From a virus (Duplodnaviria > Caudoviricetes), in the IMG/VR virus record IMGVR_UViG_3300043444_000180, positions 1 through 27,078 of that record: 27,078 nucleotides of DNA; one strand, 5' to 3'. Position 1 is the stretch's first letter; each line of letters starts with the position of its first letter. The notes beneath the pieces are model-generated. The model worked only from the letters and a program-made list of their open reading frames with translations. It was not told the origin of the DNA and did not search any database. A program made the translations under genes and the position numbers. Below, piece after piece: positions 8,656-16,497 of this stretch.

Positions 8656-11224
8656 AGAACTTAATAACAGTTCGTAGTGTAACTGTTTGGTCTTGTGTTG
8701 GTGTAAACGCTTGCTTATTATCAATAAACAATAAATCTCCAGAATATTTATCAGCTGTTGGAGCAGTTACACCAGCGATACCAAATGTTTGCGCACTTTC
8801 ATTTACCATAACCCCACCAATCGTAGGGGCTGCGTTATCCAATGATTGCAGTAACGCAGAGTTAGCTGTCAAATTAACAATTCTGAATCTCGCATTATTT
8901 GAAGCTAAACGAATAATCATGTCTTGTTCAAAATTACTTGTATTAATACTTCCTGTAACAACCCAACACGCAGATCCGATAGCTGAATCTAATTTATATG
9001 TTGTTCCATACTTTCTTGGATTTTTAATAATACCAACCTGACGGAAGTCGTTGTTTACATCAAATCCTTGGTTTTTATCTTTAGATACGTTAGTATAAAA
9101 CATTAATGTTCTGCAATATAAACCATTGATAGAGTCTTTACCATGACCACCATAAACAGTAATAATGGCACGAGCTTTAGCTCCATATCCGTTACCAGTT
9201 ATAGTAACTTTAGCCCAACGATATCCAGTTCCATAATTAGTTACTCTAATTTTAACAATCTTACCACCTTCAATAACAGCTTCAGCTGCTGCGCCAGTAC
9301 CATCACCCTCGATAGTCACTGTGGCTGCTGCGTAGCCGAAACCACCAGAAGTAACTTTATATGACATAATTCTGCCATCTGGTGTTAATAATTCTGTGTT
9401 AGCTTGAAGTGTATTAATATCGCCAGGAGATAAGTCTGCCTGTAACTCTGCGCCAGTACCATCACCAGTAACTGAGATGTTAGCGTAAGTATAACCAACA
9501 CCTGGATCGTCAATCTGTACACCAACGATTTGACCATCATAAATTCTTGGAATTAGTTTAGCTTCAGATTTAACACCAGAGAAATAACATGCTGCACCAG
9601 AACCACCAGAAACTGGTTGAATTAATACGTCTGGTAAAGCAGAGTATCCATAACCATAACGTAATACTGCAACACCAGAAGCAGTTTCTCCAGCATAAGT
9701 CAATTCTGCAGTACCATTAAGAACGGCACCAGAAGTATGCGTCGGTGGAGTTGAACCAGTAGTTCCTGCTACAGTAACAGTATATAATCTATTTGATTGG
9801 AAAATCTGTTCGCCAACTGTATAAGCAGTTGTAGCTGTCCATTGTTCGCCGAATATCACTGTTGGAACAGAAGTGAAATTATCACCAAAATTTGAAATTA
9901 CGATATGAGAAACTGAAGTTCCGATCATAACTGCAGTAGCAACTACACCAGAACCAGCACCACCAGAGAATGTTACAGTAGGTGCTGATGTATAACCAGA
10001 ACCACCATTCGTCATATTAACTTCTCTAACACCACCAATTAAGTTTACTGCAGTAACGATACCAGCAGTAACAATTGCCTGAGCTCTTGCAGTTGCACCA
10101 ATGAATTTTAAGGCAGCAGTTCCGTTAGCAACAATACCCATTCTATGAGTAGGAGCAGGTGTTGCTAAAATTCCTGGTAATGTAACTTCATAAATGTTAC
10201 CATTATAATTCACCTTTTGACCCAATAGAACAGTAGTTCCATCAATCCAGGCATTTGAAGAAATCGGCGGATCTATTTCTACAGTTGCTCCACCAGTATA
10301 AGAACTACCACCAGAAGTGATTGTTGTTCCTGTGATGAATAGAGGGTCACTTTCTCTATTACCATCACCCTGTAGAGTAATAGCAGCAGATGTATAATTT
10401 TGACCACCACTTAAAATTTGAACAGTCTCGATACCACCATTTGAGTAGAACTGACCACGAAGAGCAGTAACTACTGGCATATAAACGTCTGTTAAGAACT
10501 TATTACGTAATGCGATAGGAATACTATACAAGTATTTCCACATATATCCATCTGGCATAATGACTGGATCTACAGTAGTACCAACTGGTTTATATGTAGA
10601 TTCACCACCCAAGTTATTATCAAGACACTTATACACGTTATATTCATCTGTCATAACGTAGAAGTTAGCGTCTTCCATTCTTTGAACTCCAGATGGAGTT
10701 TTAGAAATTACAGCTGTAGCTAAAGCACCTTCACCACCGCCACCTGTCAAAGTAATAGTTGGAGCTGATGTGTATCCACGTCCAGGGTTTGTTATCGTAA
10801 TATCAATAACAACACCTTCAACAATTGAAGCTACCGCTGTGGCACCAACACCACCACCACCAGTAATATTTACAGTAGGAGGATCAGCATAACCGAAACC
10901 ACCAGAAATTAAATTGATACCATCAAGTTCATCATCATAGTTATCATCAAACATGTCATATACAGTTCCTGAAACCCAGTCGACACGATTAACGATAAAC
11001 GCTACGTCAGTTGACTTAATTTCTTTCATAGTAATAATTTCATTACGAGTTTGTAACTCATAATCAAAACTATCAATAGGAAATGGTGGGTTGACTTCGT
11101 TAGCCCACTCTAGAGTTTTACCTAGAAAGTAGTAGTAACGAGAAGAACGTGTCTGAATCTCATTGAACAACCCCTCAGCAATGGAGTTGTGCAATGATGA
11201 TTTTAATAGCGATGAATTTGCCAT
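8654..11224 (-). CDS. gp8: Baseplate wedge subunit gp8-like with large repeat insertions (856 aa)
   Basis: [64 protein letters not shown] and [11 protein letters not shown] are gp8 motifs. They are interrupted by many GG.GYT.APTV...GG.G.GA.A.A modules. Confidence 0.88.
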   Translation of the reverse strand: MANSSLLKSSLHNSIAEGLFNEIQTRSSRYYYFLGKTLEWANEVNPPFPIDSFDYELQTRNEIITMKEIKSTDVAFIVNRVDWVSGTVYDMFDDNYDDELDGINLISGGFGYADPPTVNITGGGGVGATAVASIVEGVVIDITITNPGRGYTSAPTITLTGGGGEGALATAVISKTPSGVQRMEDANFYVMTDEYNVYKCLDNNLGGESTYKPVGTTVDPVIMPDGYMWKYLYSIPIALRNKFLTDVYMPVVTALRGQFYSNGGIETVQILSGGQNYTSAAITLQGDGNRESDPLFITGTTITSGGSSYTGGATVEIDPPISSNAWIDGTTVLLGQKVNYNGNIYEVTLPGILATPAPTHRMGIVANGTAALKFIGATARAQAIVTAGIVTAVNLIGGVREVNMTNGGSGYTSAPTVTFSGGAGSGVVATAVMIGTSVSHIVISNFGDNFTSVPTVIFGEQWTATTAYTVGEQIFQSNRLYTVTVAGTTGSTPPTHTSGAVLNGTAELTYAGETASGVAVLRYGYGYSALPDVLIQPVSGGSGAACYFSGVKSEAKLIPRIYDGQIVGVQIDDPGVGYTYANISVTGDGTGAELQADLSPGDINTLQANTELLTPDGRIMSYKVTSGGFGYAAATVTIEGDGTGAAAEAVIEGGKIVKIRVTNYGTGYRWAKVTITGNGYGAKARAIITVYGGHGKDSINGLYCRTLMFYTNVSKDKNQGFDVNNDFRQVGIIKNPRKYGTTYKLDSAIGSACWVVTGSINTSNFEQDMIIRLASNNARFRIVNLTANSALLQSLDNAAPTIGGVMVNESAQTFGIAGVTAPTADKYSGDLLFIDNKQAFTPTQDQTVTLRTVIKF

Positions 11225-11243
11225 TGTATCTCTTTAAGAAAAA

Positions 11244-11687
11244 TTAGCTTACTGTAACAACCCAAGTAATTGCGATAGAGTCACCAGCTGCTTTGTTAAC
11301 AACTGGGAATGTAGTACGGCAAAGCATAGTTCCTAAAGAACCAGCATTAAATACGCCAGCTTCAGTAATAGCACCAGTACCAGTACCAGCTGGGAATGTA
11401 GCAGTATAAGTTACAGTGTTGTTTGAAGATGTTCCAGAAGCCAATGTAACACGACCAGCTTCAGTACCTAAAGTTGTATCACCAGCAGCTGGAGTTGCAG
11501 TACCAGTACCAATAGCCATGTGAGACATAATGTTGGAAGCAGTTCCAACGATACGTGAAGCGATGTAGTTTTTACCAACTGTAACAACTAAGTTTGGAAC
11601 ATGGAGAGTCTTCTTAACTTGTCCATTTTCACCACGAACGACGATAGATAATTCGCCTTTCATCTTTAGATTTTCATTTAAATCCAT
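11244..11687 (-). CDS. Small virion protein resembling a stand-alone tail-collar / fibre N-terminal domain
   Basis: NLVVTVGK...HMAIGTG....AGDTTLGTE...TYTATF....GTGAITEAGVFN....MLCRTTF..VNK...DSIAITW. Strong AGGAG SD. Sits between gp7 and gp8. Confidence 0.6.
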   Translation of the reverse strand: MDLNENLKMKGELSIVVRGENGQVKKTLHVPNLVVTVGKNYIASRIVGTASNIMSHMAIGTGTATPAAGDTTLGTEAGRVTLASGTSSNNTVTYTATFPAGTGTGAITEAGVFNAGSLGTMLCRTTFPVVNKAAGDSIAITWVVTVS

Positions 11688-11699
11688 GAGTATCTCCTA

Positions 11700-13523
11700 T
11701 TAAAAATTGATTGGTTCGCCGACGTATTGTTCTAAGAACCAACCAGCGTCAGCATAAGGGTTTATAATCATAAAACCACCAGCATCGACAGGTACAAACT
11801 CGTCAACACCAGAAATTGTAGGGTCAATATATTTAGTCACAGTTAGGTAAGGTATCTCTGTAACAACAGGAATATCTTCTAGTAGCTTACCAAAATCACG
11901 CTTAAACGACCCATTACCATTATCAGACATTAACTGAATATCTGTTAATAACTTACCGAAATCTTTCTGTTGGATACCATCGTCACCCAAAAGAACTGAT
12001 TCGCCATTACCATTTAATAACTTACCGAAATCTCGTTTAGATATCTCATCTGAATATGACGTAGTATCTGCAAGTGGTTTATGTAAACCCTTAGTTGAAA
12101 CGAAATCGTTTGCTAGTGATACACTATGCTCAAATCCTTTAGTTAAGAAGATTTCAGCGATAGCATCTTCAATGAACTGTTCTTCTTGCTCAGTTACTGC
12201 AAGAATCTTAATCATTGACTCTAATTCTAATCCAATATCGAACTCATTACGAACGTCATATTCACCAAAAACAGCCATACCAGCTGGGTGGACCAACGCT
12301 TTAACCAAAGATTTATATGCGTCTAGACGCTCGTCAATCTTAAGAACATATGAGAATGCCTGATAGTAACGACTGTCTTGAATGAAAATAGCATCGTTCA
12401 AGAAACCATCGTTATTAATGTAATAACCTGGATATTTACCAAGAGGTCCCAAAGAAACTTTAATTACCGCTGGTTCAAATGGACTCTCAATAGCAGCTTC
12501 TTGGTTACCAAATTCTCTAAGAACTTCACCAGCATAAGTTCCATCAATAGCAGTTAACGCATAATCTGCTCTATTTAATGTTCCAGATTCAGAGAAACCA
12601 TCAGTAGTTTCACTAATAGAAATATTACCACCAATAACCTGTAGGGTAGTTCCACCAGTTCCCGTAGTAGATTGACCTAAGTCGGCATAAATCGTTGATG
12701 TGAAATCTGTAGAATATCCAGTACCAAATTTAATAAACTCAGCTGCTAATATACCACCCTCAGAACTGGCTTTGGTAACTTTCATAATAGAACCATATCC
12801 CTTACCATTTCTGATTGGATATAATTGTCCTACTCTAAAACCAGTACCACGCTGTAAAATTTCTAACTTTGATGTAGTAGCTAATATTTCAGCTGTGAAA
12901 TATATTGTTTCTGTTTGGTAACGAAGTCTGTCTCCGATAGAAATATCACCGAAGAATCTACGATCAATGTAAAATTCGTAAATGTCTGGAGCGATCTCAA
13001 CTACACGCTCAACTTCAACCTCAACATATTGTCTTCTATCAATAAGAACACGAATAATTTTATTTGGTGTAATTACATCGATTAGTTTACCAACAACCTC
13101 ATCTGGGTGGCCAGTTAAAATTTTACAAATAATAGAAACGTCTTGGTTCCACTTACCATCAGAAGCACGAAGCATCTGCTTGGATGGATACTCAACAGTA
13201 ACATCTTTATTGAAAAGTAATCTGAACAACAACTTAAAAGATTCTTCTGAACCCTTTGCTAAGTAGTGTTCTTTAATATGTTGTAATAAAAATCTTTCAG
13301 AAACAACAGTTGTTGGTAGATTTACTGCCAACTCATTTTTGAAATGTTTAATGAAAGATTCTAGAGTCGTGTCTAAATCTCTTAGCGTTTTTATATCTGG
13401 AGTTTCTCCGTCCAGATAATCATAATACGCTTTTAAAAATTGAACGAACGTCTGATGGTCTTCTCTAACGAACTCAGGTAACTGACTCGCTACAAGTGAA
13501 GAAATTCTTGGTCTAGTTATCAT
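11700..13523 (-). CDS. gp7: Baseplate wedge subunit gp7-like (607 aa)
   Basis: SQLPEFVREDH.TFVQFLKAYY, IKEHYLAKGSEESFKLLFRLLF, LRASDGKW and IQDSRYYQAFSYVLK...LVHPAG. ATGA overlap with gp6. Confidence 0.8.
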   Translation of the reverse strand: MITRPRISSLVASQLPEFVREDHQTFVQFLKAYYDYLDGETPDIKTLRDLDTTLESFIKHFKNELAVNLPTTVVSERFLLQHIKEHYLAKGSEESFKLLFRLLFNKDVTVEYPSKQMLRASDGKWNQDVSIICKILTGHPDEVVGKLIDVITPNKIIRVLIDRRQYVEVEVERVVEIAPDIYEFYIDRRFFGDISIGDRLRYQTETIYFTAEILATTSKLEILQRGTGFRVGQLYPIRNGKGYGSIMKVTKASSEGGILAAEFIKFGTGYSTDFTSTIYADLGQSTTGTGGTTLQVIGGNISISETTDGFSESGTLNRADYALTAIDGTYAGEVLREFGNQEAAIESPFEPAVIKVSLGPLGKYPGYYINNDGFLNDAIFIQDSRYYQAFSYVLKIDERLDAYKSLVKALVHPAGMAVFGEYDVRNEFDIGLELESMIKILAVTEQEEQFIEDAIAEIFLTKGFEHSVSLANDFVSTKGLHKPLADTTSYSDEISKRDFGKLLNGNGESVLLGDDGIQQKDFGKLLTDIQLMSDNGNGSFKRDFGKLLEDIPVVTEIPYLTVTKYIDPTISGVDEFVPVDAGGFMIINPYADAGWFLEQYVGEPINF

Positions 13524-15349
13524 GTTCTACTTGGAGAGAATGTGTAATTGTAACCACCACGTAAATCGCCATTAGCTGACTTATCTGCAATCGCTGTCAC
13601 TGTTAGGTGATCTCTTGCGATTTGTGCAATTTGAGTCAACGCTGACACAACATCATTAGAGCTTGGTTTGATAGAAACTTCAAAATCAATATCAGCTAAA
13701 GCTACGATATGTAAATTTCTAATATCTAAAACACCCTTATCATAATAAACAAATCCGATAGATTCGTCAACAATAATCTTTGTTGCATTAGCACCGAATT
13801 TGTATAAACGAAGATTACCAACGCCATCATCATCAATGTAATGAATATCATCAGATCCAGAGATGTAGAAACCAGTTGTAGTAACAGCACCCTCTGGTAA
13901 ACCCGCAGTATAAATTGGGTTAATGATGTTTAATAGGTATTGAGCTGACACATTATATCTTGGTTGTAACTTTCTTCTGATAGTCACTGTTGTAATATTA
14001 TTTAGGATACCCTGCTCACACTCATCAATTAAACGAGATAGTTTAGAGAATCTGAACACACCATCAAAGTTTTGTAAATCAGAATCATCATAATCAAAAA
14101 TTGTATTTGTTACGATTGTCTCAATTTCAGCAGCAGTTCTTGTAGTTTCTCTTTCGTTGAAGTATACTTTAACATCTAAAGAAATATTAATGAACTCTGG
14201 ATCTACGATTTCTGGTATAACAGAAACTACGTTTTTATTTGCTAATATTGTTGAGTTTAAATTAGCTTTCTGTAACTGTGTTAGTTTACTCGCATCACGT
14301 GGTTTGATACAAACAAAAATCTTACCATAAACAGGTGGGTTATTATCTTCACCACCCCAAACAGAAACTGCTTGGGCTTCTGGCATTGCTGAGTAAATGA
14401 TCGCCTTATAATCTTCTGGAGTTACTGCTCGGTTTTGAGCAGCATAAATTCTTGGTGCATTAAATCTGATACTTTCGATATCTTCTGCAGAAGAACCACT
14501 CTGAGCAATACTCAAGCATGTAATGTTAACAGTTGAGTTACTCAATAGAGTTGGACCAGTGTATGTGAAAACTCTGGCTCCATTTGGTGCATCTAAACTT
14601 GATGTGAAATAGTCGATGTGGATAACATTACCATTTGATAATTTTCTACCGATAATACCATCACCGAATGTTAATTCGTAAAGACCATCGTCGATTTCTT
14701 TAACGAAATATACTTTAGTATCTTTATCAGCTGTAGTTATAGAAGAAGAACTAATATATGTTTCATATAAAGATGAAGACGCAGATTCTTGAACTTTAAC
14801 ACGCAATGTTGTCAAATCAACATCAGCATTAGGAATTACATATCTTGCACCAGAAGAAACTGTATACTTAAATGACAGTGGTGTTCCCTCAACTACATTA
14901 ACATTATCAAATGTGTAGGAAGTGCCAGAACCAGAGATAGTATAAGATTCTGTAGTATGGAATGTATAAGAAGTTCCATCAACATTGGTATTGAATGTTG
15001 AATATGCTGGAAGTGTTAAACTGCTTGGTCCTAAAACACCATTATTTACAGTTATACGTAGAGACGCTTCTGCACACTTAGCTGATCTTGGTACATAACC
15101 AAGCATTTTAGCAAGAGAAACTACGCTGTTTCTTTTGCTGGCAGAGTCAAGGAACATCTCATTTATTGTTAGATTATTATAAAGAGCATTGTAGTGTGTA
15201 TTATATGCTAAAACATCTAACAAAATAGATAAACCAGATCCCTCAAAATCGTAATCTTGAAATTCTGTTTGTCCTTGTAAAAACGTCTTTAGATTATCTT
15301 TGATTTTATCAAAATCTAATTCGGTTACATTGATCTTTTTATTTGCCAT
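13520..15349 (-). CDS. gp6: Baseplate wedge subunit gp6
   Basis: ELDFDKIK.NLK.FL..Q.EFQDYDFEGSGLSILLDVLAYNTHY, NEMFLDSA..RNSVVSLAK.LGY.P, FGDGIIG, AQNRAVT.EDY and VWGGEDN.PP.YGK. Confidence 0.95.
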   Translation of the reverse strand: MANKKINVTELDFDKIKDNLKTFLQGQTEFQDYDFEGSGLSILLDVLAYNTHYNALYNNLTINEMFLDSASKRNSVVSLAKMLGYVPRSAKCAEASLRITVNNGVLGPSSLTLPAYSTFNTNVDGTSYTFHTTESYTISGSGTSYTFDNVNVVEGTPLSFKYTVSSGARYVIPNADVDLTTLRVKVQESASSSLYETYISSSSITTADKDTKVYFVKEIDDGLYELTFGDGIIGRKLSNGNVIHIDYFTSSLDAPNGARVFTYTGPTLLSNSTVNITCLSIAQSGSSAEDIESIRFNAPRIYAAQNRAVTPEDYKAIIYSAMPEAQAVSVWGGEDNNPPVYGKIFVCIKPRDASKLTQLQKANLNSTILANKNVVSVIPEIVDPEFINISLDVKVYFNERETTRTAAEIETIVTNTIFDYDDSDLQNFDGVFRFSKLSRLIDECEQGILNNITTVTIRRKLQPRYNVSAQYLLNIINPIYTAGLPEGAVTTTGFYISGSDDIHYIDDDGVGNLRLYKFGANATKIIVDESIGFVYYDKGVLDIRNLHIVALADIDFEVSIKPSSNDVVSALTQIAQIARDHLTVTAIADKSANGDLRGGYNYTFSPSRT

Positions 15350-15741
15350 TATCGGGTTCTCTCTAATACTAGGTCAAGAGTTAAAGGGCTCTCGGTATTA
15401 ACTATTTTAAATTCTATTGTCACATACAGTGAATTTGTATCTGGACTTAAATTAACAAATACATCTAACAATTGAACACGTGGTTCAAAGTTAGTAATAA
15501 CATCAACTATTGCTCTTTGAACCATGTTCTCTAACATAGGTGTTGCTGGTTCAAACAATAAACGCTTTATTGGGGAACCAATTTCACTATGAAATGGTCT
15601 CTCATAGTTTGATGTTAAAATTAGGTTTTTTAGACTAGTCTTAATTGCATTCTCGTCATATCTACGAGTAATGTCCTTAGTCACTGGATGAGCAGTGAAA
15701 TTGAGGTCTAAATCAGAGAATATTCTTGTATTACGTGCCAT
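15349..15741 (-). CDS. gp25: Baseplate wedge subunit gp25 (130 aa)
   Basis: FSDLDLNF..HP.TKDI, AIK.SLKNLILT...ERPF...IGS and I.NFEPRV. Likely start is MARNTR at 15741, because the 15792 start in the track overlaps the PAAR gene. Confidence 0.93.
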   Translation of the reverse strand: MARNTRIFSDLDLNFTAHPVTKDITRRYDENAIKTSLKNLILTSNYERPFHSEIGSPIKRLLFEPATPMLENMVQRAIVDVITNFEPRVQLLDVFVNLSPDTNSLYVTIEFKIVNTESPLTLDLVLERTR

Positions 15742-15745
15742 TTTA

Positions 15746-15754
15746 TTATTTAGC
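15746..15754 (-). promoter_or_regulatory. Putative late promoter GCTAAATAA
   Basis: Minus strand reads GCTAAATAA TAAA ATG in the gap between PAAR and gp25. Same CTAAATAA core as at 22277, 22315 and 22755. Confidence 0.65.
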
Positions 15755-15755
15755 T

Positions 15756-16058
15756 TTATTCTAGAAAGGAATTGTGAGAACCTTGGCCACATGCGTCGCC
15801 ACAGGAAATATTATCGCCAATCCTTGCTACTGGTTTACCTTCTATAAAGGACTTCGTAGAGCCACTACTAATGAATCTACCATTTTGTGGATGAGTAGAA
15901 TTACCACAAGTATGTGCAGAAAATTGGCTGGCTTCGTCTTGAAGACCTACTAAAATACCATTGATATAACTTTTGGTCGCTGCTGTAGTGACCAAATTTG
16001 TTGGTGGGAAACACCCATGTCCAGTTGACGTATCTCCAAGTCTAACTACTGCTGGCAT
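15756..16058 (-). CDS. PAAR-repeat spike tip protein (gp5.4-like)
   Basis: MPAVVRLGD.STGHGCFPP...AHTC...HP...GS.K.FIEGKPVARIGD.I.CG....QGS. His/Cys metal ligands. Located between gp5 and gp25. Confidence 0.92.
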   Translation of the reverse strand: MPAVVRLGDTSTGHGCFPPTNLVTTAATKSYINGILVGLQDEASQFSAHTCGNSTHPQNGRFISSGSTKSFIEGKPVARIGDNISCGDACGQGSHNSFLE

Positions 16059-16497
16059 CTGTTGACCTCACGTATGATTGTAGAGTATTTTTTCCAGTTG
16101 TCCAATCATTCTGAACTGTTATTGTGTAAACCTGAGAGTCTACTACAGTCTCTTCATCCATAGCTTTTGCTGTATAGTTAAAGATTTTAGTTCTTGATCT
16201 GTCGGCACCATATTTAACCATCTCATATAGATTAACAACCTTACCAAACTTGTCTGTTGTTACAAGTTGTTTACCCTGATTCAAATATTGAATGTTATTA
16301 TTAAAGCTGTCTGTGTAATAACCATAGATAGTATTACCAGAAACTAACACTGTACTAACAACCTCTTCAGCTGTAATTATAACTGGATATGAAACAGTTT
16401 CCATAGTCATTTCATCAGTAACTTCGTAGGTGACAGAAAACGAAAAATTTACTTCTTCGTTAACTGTCCCAAGATTTGTTTCTGTTGGTGTGAACAT
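16042..16497 (-). CDS. Hypothetical protein (151 aa, beta-rich)
   Basis: ORF coupled to the gp5 stop (TAATG) and overlapping the PAAR start. No family recognised. Confidence 0.75.
   Translation of the reverse strand: MFTPTETNLGTVNEEVNFSFSVTYEVTDEMTMETVSYPVIITAEEVVSTVLVSGNTIYGYYTDSFNNNIQYLNQGKQLVTTDKFGKVVNLYEMVKYGADRSRTKIFNYTAKAMDEETVVDSQVYTITVQNDWTTGKNTLQSYVRSTDASSS

Noticed and set aside
15742-15792. Longer N-terminus of gp25 given in the ORF track
   Set aside because: It overlaps the PAAR gene and spans the putative late promoter. The ATG at 15741 fits the family better.
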